A stretch of DNA of 52,673 nucleotides from a virus (Duplodnaviria > Caudoviricetes), in the IMG/VR virus record IMGVR_UViG_3300025769_000166, positions 1 to 52,673 of that record. One strand, 5' to 3'. A program made the position numbers and the translations under genes. The notes below the pieces were generated by a model. The model did no database searches. It saw nothing but the letters and a program-made list of their open reading frames with translations, and was not told the origin of the DNA. This document shows, one piece after another, positions 36,827 to 48,200 of the stretch (position 1 is its first letter; every line of letters begins with the position of its first letter).

Positions 36827-37750
36827 ATGCCCTTATTTCTACCACTACTTGCCACGGCTGGCTCTGCCTACCTCCAATACAGAGGGCAGAAGAAGCAAAA
36901 TGAGCGTGACGAAGCCAGAAACCAGGAGCTTCTTTCTAAGAACAAGGCTGAAGCCGAGCGTCGTCAGCGTCAGGTAGAAGGTAGCTTTGGGGTTGACAAA
37001 TACACATTAGAGGCGCTTGAGCAGGCCAGAGGAAGACAAGGCGTTAAAGAGGCTGAAGATCAAGCAAACCTTGGGGCTGCAAATCAAATGGAGCTTGCGG
37101 CTAGGTTAGGATCTAGAGGTGGTATTAACGCTGCAGCAATAGAAAGACAACGACAGAAGTCCGTTTTGGCTGCGGGAAAAGAACAGAGGAGGGGAGAGCA
37201 GATCGCTCTGCAAAATACAGCGAGGGCCCGTCAGGATCTAGACAGATCCAAAAGACAATATGAGTTGGGAAGGATGGGACAAGCTGAACAGACAGCGGCA
37301 CAGGCTCAGCAAAATCTGTTTAACGTTCAGGACAACAAAGCTAACCTAGGAATAAACCTAGCCAGTGGAATTCTAGATGCCGCTACGCCACTGTTGGGCA
37401 CTATTGGTGGTGGTGGTGGAGCAGGTGGATCAGGCCTTGGAGGTTCTGGAGGTGGCGGATTTAACCTAGGGCAAAACATGATGGGTGGATTCAATAATAC
37501 TGGCGGGTATCAGTTCCCAACTGGAGGATTTGGTTCCTACAACTTTGGGGGCGGCTCTGGTAAGAACGGGATGAAAACGCCTGGTCAATTTAGCCATGCA
37601 TCCAACCCAATTAACCTGATGCAGAATGGAGCCAAAGTGGGCGAAGTAACTGGAGGTGAGTACGTTGTAAACCCAGAGCAGGCTAGAAAAATTGCAGAGC
37701 AAAGCAAATATGCCAGAATGCTCTTTAGAAAATTTGATAAAAACGCATAA
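36827..37750 (+). CDS. Internal virion (cargo/ejection) protein
   Basis: Start re-assigned to ATG 36827; hydrophobic N-terminus, Q/A-rich coiled coil, Gly-rich linker, C-terminal TPGQFSH..NPI...EVTGGEYV motif. Confidence 0.65.
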   Translation: MPLFLPLLATAGSAYLQYRGQKKQNERDEARNQELLSKNKAEAERRQRQVEGSFGVDKYTLEALEQARGRQGVKEAEDQANLGAANQMELAARLGSRGGINAAAIERQRQKSVLAAGKEQRRGEQIALQNTARARQDLDRSKRQYELGRMGQAEQTAAQAQQNLFNVQDNKANLGINLASGILDAATPLLGTIGGGGGAGGSGLGGSGGGGFNLGQNMMGGFNNTGGYQFPTGGFGSYNFGGGSGKNGMKTPGQFSHASNPINLMQNGAKVGEVTGGEYVVNPEQARKIAEQSKYARMLFRKFDKNA

Positions 37751-39219
37751 TGTACACCAACAGAGTTCAGGCGCCAGTAGAAAAGATCGGGCTTACGGGA
37801 TTTGATAAGCCACTAGAGGAATTTAAAAAACTCTCTAAGGATCATATTGCAGAAGAAAAAGCAAAAGCGGCGCAGCTGGCTTCTGAATCGAACAGACAAA
37901 AAGAAGAGCAAGCAGCTAAGCTTGAGAGATCAAGAAAAGATGCTGAAGCCGAAAGGAAGAGACAAGAAAAAGCAAACGAAGAGCAAAGAGAAAAGTACTT
38001 GAGCATGTCCGAAAAGGTGGACGCTCCAGACCACGCCAACATGTACGATGGGCACTGGGCTATGCTTGAGGAGTTTGCGGGGCACCTTGCTAATCCTGAA
38101 ACAATTAAAAGATACGCATCTTCCGTAGAAGGAGAGATGGAGTTTAACGCTCTAATTGACCAGCTTCTTACGCTTACAGACACCTTTGAGACATACTACA
38201 AAGAAACTTATGGGGACGCCAATGATCCTGACGACATGCCGACTTTTAGTGGGTCGTCAAACAGGGATCTTCACGGAGTGACGTCTATAGGCGATATAAA
38301 CTACAACACCCCTCATTCTGAAATGATGTCAAGGTTAGTTCAGCTGGACTCTAAGCAGCATACTGGAATGAGAATAGAAGGGGGTAGAGTTGTGTTTACT
38401 GGGCCAGATGGAGAAGAAATTCTGCCAGGGGCTAATTTAGATATGGATGTGTTTAAACCAGACATATCAGAAAGGGCACCTATGAGTGGGTCTGACTTTA
38501 TGAATAGTGGATTTGACGAGTCGGCGTTCAAGACAGAACAAAATGTAAGGGATTTTGTCTCAGACGGCCTACAGGACGAGACCATTCAGAGGGATGCCGC
38601 TAGAACATATGTGGAGGCAATGGAGGAGTCTAACCCCAACTTTAGGTTTACTCCAGAACAAGTTCTAGCAAACCCTACACTCAGGATGGCTGCTTTCGAC
38701 AGGTTTGAGCAAGGCGCGGTAGATCAGTGGACTGAAAACATATCCCTTCCTTCCGAGGAGGAAATAGATGCCACTATAGACGAAGAAGCCCCAGAACAAA
38801 ACGAAATGGGCATTCTAGAGGAGGATATTAAGATAGACGAAGAGGACGAGTTTGGTGTAGATCCAGGGTCGCCCACGGGCACCGCTAAATGGAAGTTCTC
38901 TGAAGAAGTTCCACCCATAATGATATCTGGGTCTCCATTTAAGATGGGTGAAATGACTTTTAATCCAGACGATCTGACCCTAAACATAGGCATGGTATAC
39001 GCAGATGTAAAGGAAGGTCAAAGAACCCCAGAAATGACCCTGTCTATTCCTACCACCCCTGAGGGGAAATTAGAAGATAGTCCAAGGCTGCAAGAGATAA
39101 TAACGACCTTCGATGAAAAGTACGGCACGGGGCAGTTTGAGAAACTCTGGACAGAGCTGAAAGACAGAGAGATCGGTAAGTGGTGGGATTCAGTGAGCGC
39201 GTCACAGACAGCTGAGTAA
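37750..39219 (+). CDS. Putative cargo/ejection protein
   Basis: 489 aa, N-terminal coiled coil, acidic; lies between the muzzle and the giant protein. Confidence 0.6.
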   Translation: MYTNRVQAPVEKIGLTGFDKPLEEFKKLSKDHIAEEKAKAAQLASESNRQKEEQAAKLERSRKDAEAERKRQEKANEEQREKYLSMSEKVDAPDHANMYDGHWAMLEEFAGHLANPETIKRYASSVEGEMEFNALIDQLLTLTDTFETYYKETYGDANDPDDMPTFSGSSNRDLHGVTSIGDINYNTPHSEMMSRLVQLDSKQHTGMRIEGGRVVFTGPDGEEILPGANLDMDVFKPDISERAPMSGSDFMNSGFDESAFKTEQNVRDFVSDGLQDETIQRDAARTYVEAMEESNPNFRFTPEQVLANPTLRMAAFDRFEQGAVDQWTENISLPSEEEIDATIDEEAPEQNEMGILEEDIKIDEEDEFGVDPGSPTGTAKWKFSEEVPPIMISGSPFKMGEMTFNPDDLTLNIGMVYADVKEGQRTPEMTLSIPTTPEGKLEDSPRLQEIITTFDEKYGTGQFEKLWTELKDREIGKWWDSVSASQTAE

Positions 39220-39223
39220 TTGT

Positions 39224-39232
39224 TATATTTGC
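39224..39232 (+). promoter_or_regulatory. TATATTTGC -7 promoter element
   Basis: 5 nt between TTTG and ATG 39237. Confidence 0.7.
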
Positions 39233-39236
39233 GTAA

Positions 39237-42200
39237 ATGGATACTACGCAGATAAACTTTGCTGACATGTTAATTTCTCAGGGTAAGACCCCAGAGGAGA
39301 TAACAAAGTACTTAAACATAAGTAATGGAGGAAATTCAGTATCCCAAGATGAGGTAAATGAATACTTTAACTCCAGGTCTGTAAAAAAAAAAGAATCGGA
39401 AGATTTACCAAAGGTAGAAGCAGAGGCTACTGGACCCGAATCTTCGGTAGAGAATTTGGAGTCTACTCCAGAAGAATCTAAGCCCCTAGTAAATTTTTCT
39501 CCTGTAATACCTGAATCAGAGGACCCTGGAGTGTCCGCTTACAGGAACTATCTCATTGACACTAAAGCGTCTAAGGTTAACTCAAACAAGGCCCCAATAA
39601 TAGGCGCTTACAATTTAAGTGATGAAGAAAGCTTAAAGCAAAGGTTCAGGTACGATGCTGTAATGTGGGCCTCTGAATCTAAGGCGTTGGGTGAGAACGT
39701 CACAGAAATTGAGATGATGCAAGATCCAAAGCTGGTTACGCAAGCTATGGAAAAGTTTAAAGGCCATCTCGAATCCAATTACACTAACTATGAGGCGACC
39801 GACGAAAAGCAAACAGACTACGTTGCTGGAAGCGTGTTTCATGACATAATAGACGGAGTCTCTAGCATAAGAAATGACAAGTCCCTAAAAGGGTCAAAAA
39901 GAAGAGAGGCGGAGCGGGAGTTTATGGATCGCTACGTGGAGGAGTTTAAAGAAAGGCTACCAGAAGATAAGAGAGATGACGAAGAGTACCTAGAAAAGGT
40001 ATCTGAAGCGATGTACAGCAGGTTTGGGTTCAGAATGAACTTTGACGGAGACAACGTATATAACGAAACTGCAAATCCTCTTCTGGCCCCTCTTGCTGGC
40101 GCTGCGGCTACTACACTAGATATGATTTCGGGTGTGGCTTCAGTTAACCCTATTGCCATGATTCCTGCTTGGATTAAGAACAACTTTGATGACGACCCAA
40201 GCAATAACAATATTGTAGACGCTATAACAGAAATAGACCAGGCTTTAGCCGATGCGTCTAAAAACCTTAGGGGGTACACACGGGACTATCAAGATGTAAG
40301 CGTTTTTTCTCCTGAAGACTGGAGTGATTCGGGGGTTCATATGTTGGGGTTGATTACACAAACCCTCGGCGATGTAGCTCCTTATATGGCTGCAGCTGCT
40401 GTTTCACCGACTGTAATGGTCGGCTCGATGAATGTGGGGGCTGGTATAACTCTGGGTAGTAATGCGTTTTTGAACACATTTATAGACAGTTACAGGGAGG
40501 ATGAGATTGCTATTAAAAACAATGAAACTCCAGTATTTGACTTTTCTGCATCAGGTCAGGCTTCTAGGTTTATATTCTCTTTGGGTACGGGTGTTTTAGA
40601 AACTGGTACGGGCCTTCTGTTTCAGGGAGCCGCGTCTAGAGCTGTTGGAAAAGGAGGAGGTATTCATGACGTATTTAGAAAAATATTTGTAGGCGAAAAG
40701 AATCCAGCTACAAGAGCTCAGATTCTTAAGATATATGCTACTGCCGCTGGCGCTGACGCTATCCTTGAAGGAGGCGAAGAAGCTGCTGTTGCCTTGTATC
40801 AAGGATGGGCGCAATCAGAACTAGGAAACGTTGAACAGGACTGGGATCAAGTATGGGATAACGTTTCTGCATCTTTCCAGTTGGGAGTTGTTGGAGGTGG
40901 AGCTATTGGAACCATTTCAAGTGCCGTTGGAGCAAAAAAAGAAATATCGGAGCTTCCTACGGGGTCAAGAATAAGTACAGAGAACTCAAACTTTGAGATG
41001 CAAATTGAAAGGGCTGCGTCTTCAAAAGGAGACGAAGCTGAAGTAGCCAAGTTTTGGTTTGGACTTGGAGACAACAATGTTGATTTTGAATCTCAAGCAG
41101 AATTTAATGCGGCAATGGGAGGGACTCCATTTGCATTGGAGGAAGGAGATAAGTATACCACAGCGAACTCTGCTAGGTATGAGGAAGAAGTAGAGAACCA
41201 CAAGAAGACAAACAAGGACAAGTACAAGGCATTGATGTTTAGGAACCCAAAAGACTGGGCTAGACTTCAAGAAATAGACAGGAGGATATCTGATGTACTG
41301 GCAAAAGGAACAAGGGCGGAAGACATGTCTAATTCAGAGACCCTGTCTGCTGATGCAAAAGAAGCTGCCTCTAAATCTATTCCTTCACTTCAAAGGCAAT
41401 ATATAGACCTAGTAAAGGAAAGAAGGTCGATATACACTTCTTTTGAGTTTGACGGGAACTTTACTATTGAAGAGAAAATAAAGATGGATGACTCTATCGT
41501 GGCCAACAGGCTTGGTCAGATAGATCAGGACATAAGGGATGCCGAGTCAAAGGTGGTATTTCAAGAAGAAAACAAAGACACAAAATCCTTTAACCCACTA
41601 GCTAAAAGAAGAGCCGAAGCAGAAGTAGAAAGCCTCCAGAAAAAAAAGCAAAATGCTGAGTCTCTAGTAACGGAAGTAAATTCAGCCAGAGACAAACTAG
41701 AGCTTCTTGAAAAAAGAAACGCAAGCCCTAAGAAGATAAAAGAAGCCACTGAGATAGTTTCTTCTTCCGAGCAACAGTTGGCTGATTTGCTTGGGGTCAA
41801 AACTAAATCCACTGGTAACTCCAGATCTACTGAAAGAACGTCTCAGGCGCCATCAAAGCCCACCTCTGTTTGGTCCGCAGAAGAACAGGCTAAAAACCAC
41901 TTTGAAGACGCTGAAAACAAAGGGAGCACGTTTACCTTAGATGGCATTAATCACGCAGGAAGGCCTATGGCAAGCGTGAGCATATTCAATGAAAGAAGCA
42001 AGGTCGTGGACGGGGATATGTCACAAAAAGATCTTGAGGCAGAGCTTGGAAAGTTTAAGGAAGAGAATGCTGACATTCTTGACGGCAATGAAGATATTCT
42101 TGCCGTTGGTACATTTTACAGTAACGAAAGCAATCAAACTTTTATAGACCTGTCTGCGGTGGTTGACAAAAAGTCAGCAGAGGAATTGGGTAAGGCTTAT

Positions 42201-45200
42201 AACCAAGAGTCTGTGTGGGACCTCGAACTCATGGAAGGCATAGACACGGGTGGAGATGGAGGAGCCCTAGATAACCCCAAGTCAGAAGCAGAAAGAGTTA
42301 AAGACATTAGAGATATACTCTCTAGGTTAAATGAATCCCAGAGGGCAAAAGCCTTAGCTCAAAGAGGAATAGAAGGTAAGTATACAGACTACAGAATAGA
42401 AGGGGATGAAGGGTTTGGAGTAAAAGAAAACGATCTAGTTGACAAAAAAACTGCCGACTTCATTAACAAAAAGCTTGCAAAAACCCTACAAAATGTGGTT
42501 CCAGGAGATGTGTCAATAAGGATACATAACACTGCTGAGTCTGGTAATTATGCTAGACAGGGCGGGCTGGACTTGGAAAAAGGTGTGGTAAATGGACTCG
42601 CCGTAACGTATGAAGACGGGAGTGCGGTAATACACTTTAGCCCAGAAGCACTAAAGTCTAGCGGAAAGAGCGCAGAGTCTGTTCTTATTGAGGAGACCCT
42701 ACACCTCGCTATGGGCCCCACGATTAGAAACATGTCTCCCAAAAAGACTTCTAGGGTGATATCTGATCTTAAGGGTATAACCAAGAGATTGGCTAAAACC
42801 AACCCAGAACTTCAAGGTCTTATAGATCAGGCTACGAACAAGAGCAAGCAGTATAGGGAAAACAACGTTAGCGAAAACGAGGTAGCCGAGGAGGTCATAT
42901 TTGAGTATATATCAGAGCTTTCCCCATTCCTTGATCCTAAGGCGTTAAGCGTGCAGGATCAAAGCGCCCTTATTAGAGTGGTTAACGAGGTTCTGTCCGC
43001 TCTTGGTCTACCCTCTATAAGCAGTTCTGAGGATGCTATAAATATGCTCAAAAGAGCGTCTGAAATGTACCGAGAGGGCAAGTCTATGGTGGATGCCCCA
43101 ACTGATGGAACAGTAGATTCAGAAAGGGCGTCGTATTCTGAAAAAGGATTTCCCATTTCTGCATTACCTGAGGAGGAGCCCATAACTATTATGTTTTCGG
43201 CACCCACGTACTACAGGTCTGGACAGCTTTCAGGTCTTCAAGCGGGGACTTTAGAAAAAGAAATGACCTTTAACGGCAAGTGGCACTTTATAAACTGGTG
43301 GAAAAAGGCCACTAAAATGGGTAAGCTTCCGTATAGCGATTTTAGAATTTTCAACACATATGATGGATCTGTTGAAAGCTTAAATGTAGATCAACTAAAA
43401 AGATGGAAGCTTAAGCCAGCTAAAAAGAAGGAGACAGAAAGAGAAAAAAAGACGAGGCTTCAAAAAGAAAAAAACGAGTTGCTTTCTACTATATACAACA
43501 TGTTCAGGGATGAATATGGGGTAGAGTTTGGTATGGCAAGAAAAACGCAAGAGGCATACGAAAGCGTAGCTAGTATGTTTATGTCCGAGGAAGAGCTACA
43601 AGAGCACAAAGACTTCGAGGGGGATGTATGGTCACCAAAGAAAAAGGGAGTTATTAACCTTAGCTTCCTTACAAACGAGCAACTGGTAGATTTTATAGCA
43701 AGTCAAGAAGAGTTCTTGGGAATCAGACCAAAAGACTCTGGGTCTAGTACTGTCTCAGAAAACGCAAATGAATACCTGTTTAACATAAACAAAGTAAGGT
43801 CGATTGAAGACCTTGACGAAAGGGTGTCTAGTATGAAAAAGTATCTTCAGAGATACAAGTGCGGAGGAGACACAAACACCTGTATAATAAGAGGGGACAA
43901 AGCATATTTGGCGACCTATATGGAAATGGTAGCCGATGCTCTTAACGGAGATTTTACTGTCAATTCAGCAGCTGAGCTTCTTCAGGGAATGGTGCTGTTT
44001 CAGAATGACTTGAGAATACACAGACGTCAAAGATCTCTTGCTGACGTAGATATTGACAACATGGAGCTGGCTCAAAGGGCTACTGATTTAATCTCCAACA
44101 GATACAAAGACACCCCAGGTGTAATCCCTGCTAACTCAAGAGATTTTCAGTCTTTGTTTCTTGGCATTGCTGCTATTACATCAAATGGCAACAGAGCTTT
44201 GCCTAATCTAAAAATTGCTCTCAGGCTTCACGACTCCATACTTAAGGCGTTAGAAGGTGGGGCGCCTATGAAAGACGCTCTTAGACCTGACATAATAGAG
44301 GGAATTAGACAATACAACCCAGAGGTAACAAGAGGTGAAGTAAGAGCTGGAAGGGGACAACACGTTGCAGACGAGCTGCTTGCTCTGTTAGAGTACGCAG
44401 ACAGATTCTACGATGTAGAGACTGGACGGTTCGACTCTGACAGATTCTCCAATGGCCTTACTAGAAAGGCTAAAGGGAAAGAAGGTCCGCAGGCCAGATA
44501 CATCCTAGGTAAAGGACAAGAAGGGGATGCTGAAAAAATAGGAGAGTTTTTGTCAGGCATTCTTGGAAAAGGAAACAATTCGTTTCTAGCGAAGGAGCTA
44601 TGGGTGGGAAGAGTAATGGCCGCCATGCAAGGAAACTTTGATCTGAACATAGATTCCGAGCAGGATCAAATGCTACTAAACTACGGAGAGGTTCCTAATA
44701 TTCAGGAATACCTTCAAAATCAAGGTGTTACGGAAGATCAGGCAAGACAAGCTCTGAAGGAAGTAGGCACTACCGCGTGGGACACTACTACAGATCCGAC
44801 TGACATAGCGATAGGAGGCTTGCTGCACATAAAGTACAATCCCGAAACCTCAATAAACAATAGAAGGCAGGCAGTAACGCTCTTCAATAAGCTTATAGGC
44901 AGGGATCAACTGTACAACCCCAAGAGCGATCCTAAGGTAACAAGAGATGTACTTAAAAGAACTACTGACCTAATAAACGCTTCGCTTTCTCCAGGAGCAA
45001 AAAAATGGACCCCATTCTCCGTTCAACAAGCACTATGGGAAAGTGCTCAGGAAACGATGGGTTACTTCAGGGATGGAGAATACACACCAGTCGATTACTT
45101 AACAAGGCTTGATCAAATAGAATCGGAGGACACCTGGCATTCCTCTCCTAGTCTGTTCATGGATCCTGGTGTGAAGTGGTGGCTTGACTCCAATGAAAAC

Positions 45201-48200
45201 TCAAAAAAGGTTTCTTCTGAAAGGGCATCTATGCAAATAGACATGTTCTCTAATGATCAGAAAAACCTAAATATTCAAGCGCATGAAAGTCCGCTGTTTA
45301 GGACCAGAACCATGTCTAACACAGCGGTAATAAACGGACAGGAAATGTCTGACGAGATGGTGCATGATGCGCTATTGACTGACGCTACCTCCAGAAAGAT
45401 AATGGGAGAAGAGAATGAGGTTAAGGAAGGAGACATAGTAGCTGTAAGATTGAACCTTAATGTAAAAAATAACACGGGGGTTCCAGTTCAGACAATCCAT
45501 GATAAGACCGCCAGTGGAAAAGCACTTCAATACTCAGGAGCGGTCACACTTAAAAACGTGACGCTCGATGTGAATCAATCTGCAAGAGAAAAGATTGTAA
45601 CGTTTAGAGAAAATAAGTTCCCTATGGCGGCTGTTAGGGGAGAGTTTGTTTCCAAGGGCGTAGAGGAGGCGGATCTGGATGGGGTTAGAGCTACGTTCAA
45701 TCCATTTAGAGAGCACCTCTTTGTTGATGCGGCTGGAAGACCAATAAAGTCGGCAGAAGAAGCAACAGTAATAGGTAACAATGTAATCCTGAGAGGGAAG
45801 ATAGAGTATTATGACCCTTCTGGTCCTGTAGCTCAGAGGGGCCTTAAGGAGACTGATAAAAACAAGTCTGAAAGGCTGGACAAGGGTAATCCTAAGTACG
45901 AAGGAAACCTTAGGAGGTTTAAGGCGTTTTCAGAAAGAGCCCTCGGTGTAACTTACGAAACTAGAGAGGACCTAGAGGACGCATACGAAAACCTTCCAGT
46001 AAGCTCAAAAGTAGCGCTATCTGAGTCAGAGGTAGCAGAAAGAATGGCTACCGCTAACGAAAGGGCTAGTATAACGGAGTTTACAAAAGACAAAAGAATG
46101 AGAGGCAGGGCCAGAAAAGCTGCTGGTCAGTTTGGCGGAACCACTAGGGCGGACATTGTAAACAACCCCAGTAACTACATAAAGCCTCAAAAAATAAAGG
46201 AGATAAAGGAGGATCTAACTGCCTATACAGATGGAGAGCTCGTGTCTTTTATGACCGATGAGTCTATAGGTAGGTTGTCTCAAAGAAACGATGATATAGG
46301 GGTTTTGGCGGGAGCTGAACTCCTCAGCAGGGCTATAGCGAAAGGTGAGACAGAAAGAATACCAGGCCTGATCGCAGAGCTTGCGGCTATAGGAACTTCT
46401 GCTGGTAGGATACTTAGGCACTTTAGAGAGCTAAAAAACTCCAACCCAAGAGGCCTCGCTAGTATAATTGAGTCAGCCGTAATAGAAAAAGGAAATAAAC
46501 TTTCAGAGGCTCAATCACAAAGGCTAAACGATTTATGCGATAAGTTGTTTGCTCAGCAGGCCAAGGTGGAGAACCTAATGAAGAGGGCCATTGCAGGTGA
46601 AGAGGTTGACGCTGAGTTTGAAAGGGCACTGAAAGAAATGCAGGCCACTGAAAGAGAGCTTGATACATTTACTAACGCCGTCATAGAAAAAGACTGGGGT
46701 ACGATATTTAAACAGCTCGTTCAGGGTAACCTTCTTACGCCTTTCTCTCAGATAGTAAACGTAGGAGCAAACATGGTAAACGCATTTGGAAAAGTCGTGG
46801 TGGACACTGCGTCTTTGCCAGTAGAATACGCCATGGTGAAGCTTGGAAACGTAATGGGCAAAAATCTAGAGATGAAAAGAAAGCCCAGCTTAATGGCCTA
46901 CATGTACGCCATGAAGAGATTTGGAGCTGGATTTGTGGAAGCTGCTGACCAAATAGTAACGGGTCAAGACAAAGAGATTTCTGAGTGGAGAATAAATAGA
47001 GGATTTGCTCCATATAGATCTATAATGGCGGCCTGGAATAACGACCTACCTCAAGGTCCAGATGGGAAGGGTAGTCCAACTCAGAAGGCTAAACTGATAA
47101 TCCAAGGAACTCTTGGTATACCAGCAGAGACAATGTTTAGGTTCCTCTCCCTTGGAGATATTCCATTCAGAAGATGGGCGGAAGCTAAAGAGCTATATCA
47201 AATTGCATTAAACAAAGGTCTAAGCGGAAAAGAACTAGAAAGGTTCCTTAAATTCCCCAACAAGAAAGACCTTGAGATTGCTAGGATAGAGGGAAGAAAG
47301 CTTACATTCCAAGAGGAAGGCTTTGTTAGTGGAGCAACGAACAGACTTGTGTCAAGCCTTGAGGGTGCGATGGCATCTGGACTTCAGATGATTCCTGGGG
47401 TGAAGGATGGGTCTAAGTTTGCGAGAGCTTTGTTTGGGGTTATACTCCCGTACCGAAGCACTCCAGCGAACATACTACAGGAAACGTTTACTTGGGTAAA
47501 CCCTTATGTAGGTATAGTCAGAATGTCTAAAGACCTCGAAAACAAAGATGTAACAGAGGCTTCTAAGACCATGACTAAAATGATGCTAGGAGCAGTGACA
47601 CTAGAGGCGGCGATGATGATGATCAAAGAAGGAATCATATCTGGACCCGTTGACTGGCAGGACGACGAGAAAAGAAACATGGCTTACGACCTGTTCCCCC
47701 CAAGTAGCGTTAACGTGTCTGCACTGAAGAGGCTTATGTCTGGCGGAGACCCATCTCACAAACCAGACGATGTGTTTATGAGATACGACAAGATGGGGAT
47801 GTTTGGTGCTATAATGGCTACAGCAGTTCAGTCAATAGACTCTGATGATCTGGCAGATATAAAGAACAGAGAGTACGGGGGGCCTATAGACTTCACTTCT
47901 CACATGATATCTGACTTCTTTGGAGCGAGTTCTGTGTCTTCTATATCCGCTATGATGGAGCAGAGCTTTGTACAAGGCCTTAATCAGTTCTTGCAAATAC
48001 TTATAGGCGACAACGTAGAAAGGGATTTGGAGCGGTTTATAACAACTGCATTCAGAGCGGGTAGTGCGGCTGTTCTACCAAACACGCTGACATCTCTTTA
48101 CAAGTCTCAGAGGCTTTTGTTGCCAGACACAAGGACAACAAAGGACATGACTACCACAGAAAGAATTCTCACTAAGTTTAAATACACTCTTAAAGAAAGA

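Noticed and set aside
40030-44060. NFDGD (~40038) and DVDID (~44043) as RNAP catalytic motifs
   Set aside because: The first lacks an Asp, the second lacks the G-x-D-F-D context, and no surrounding DPBB motifs were recognised; an HMM check is needed to exclude fully.
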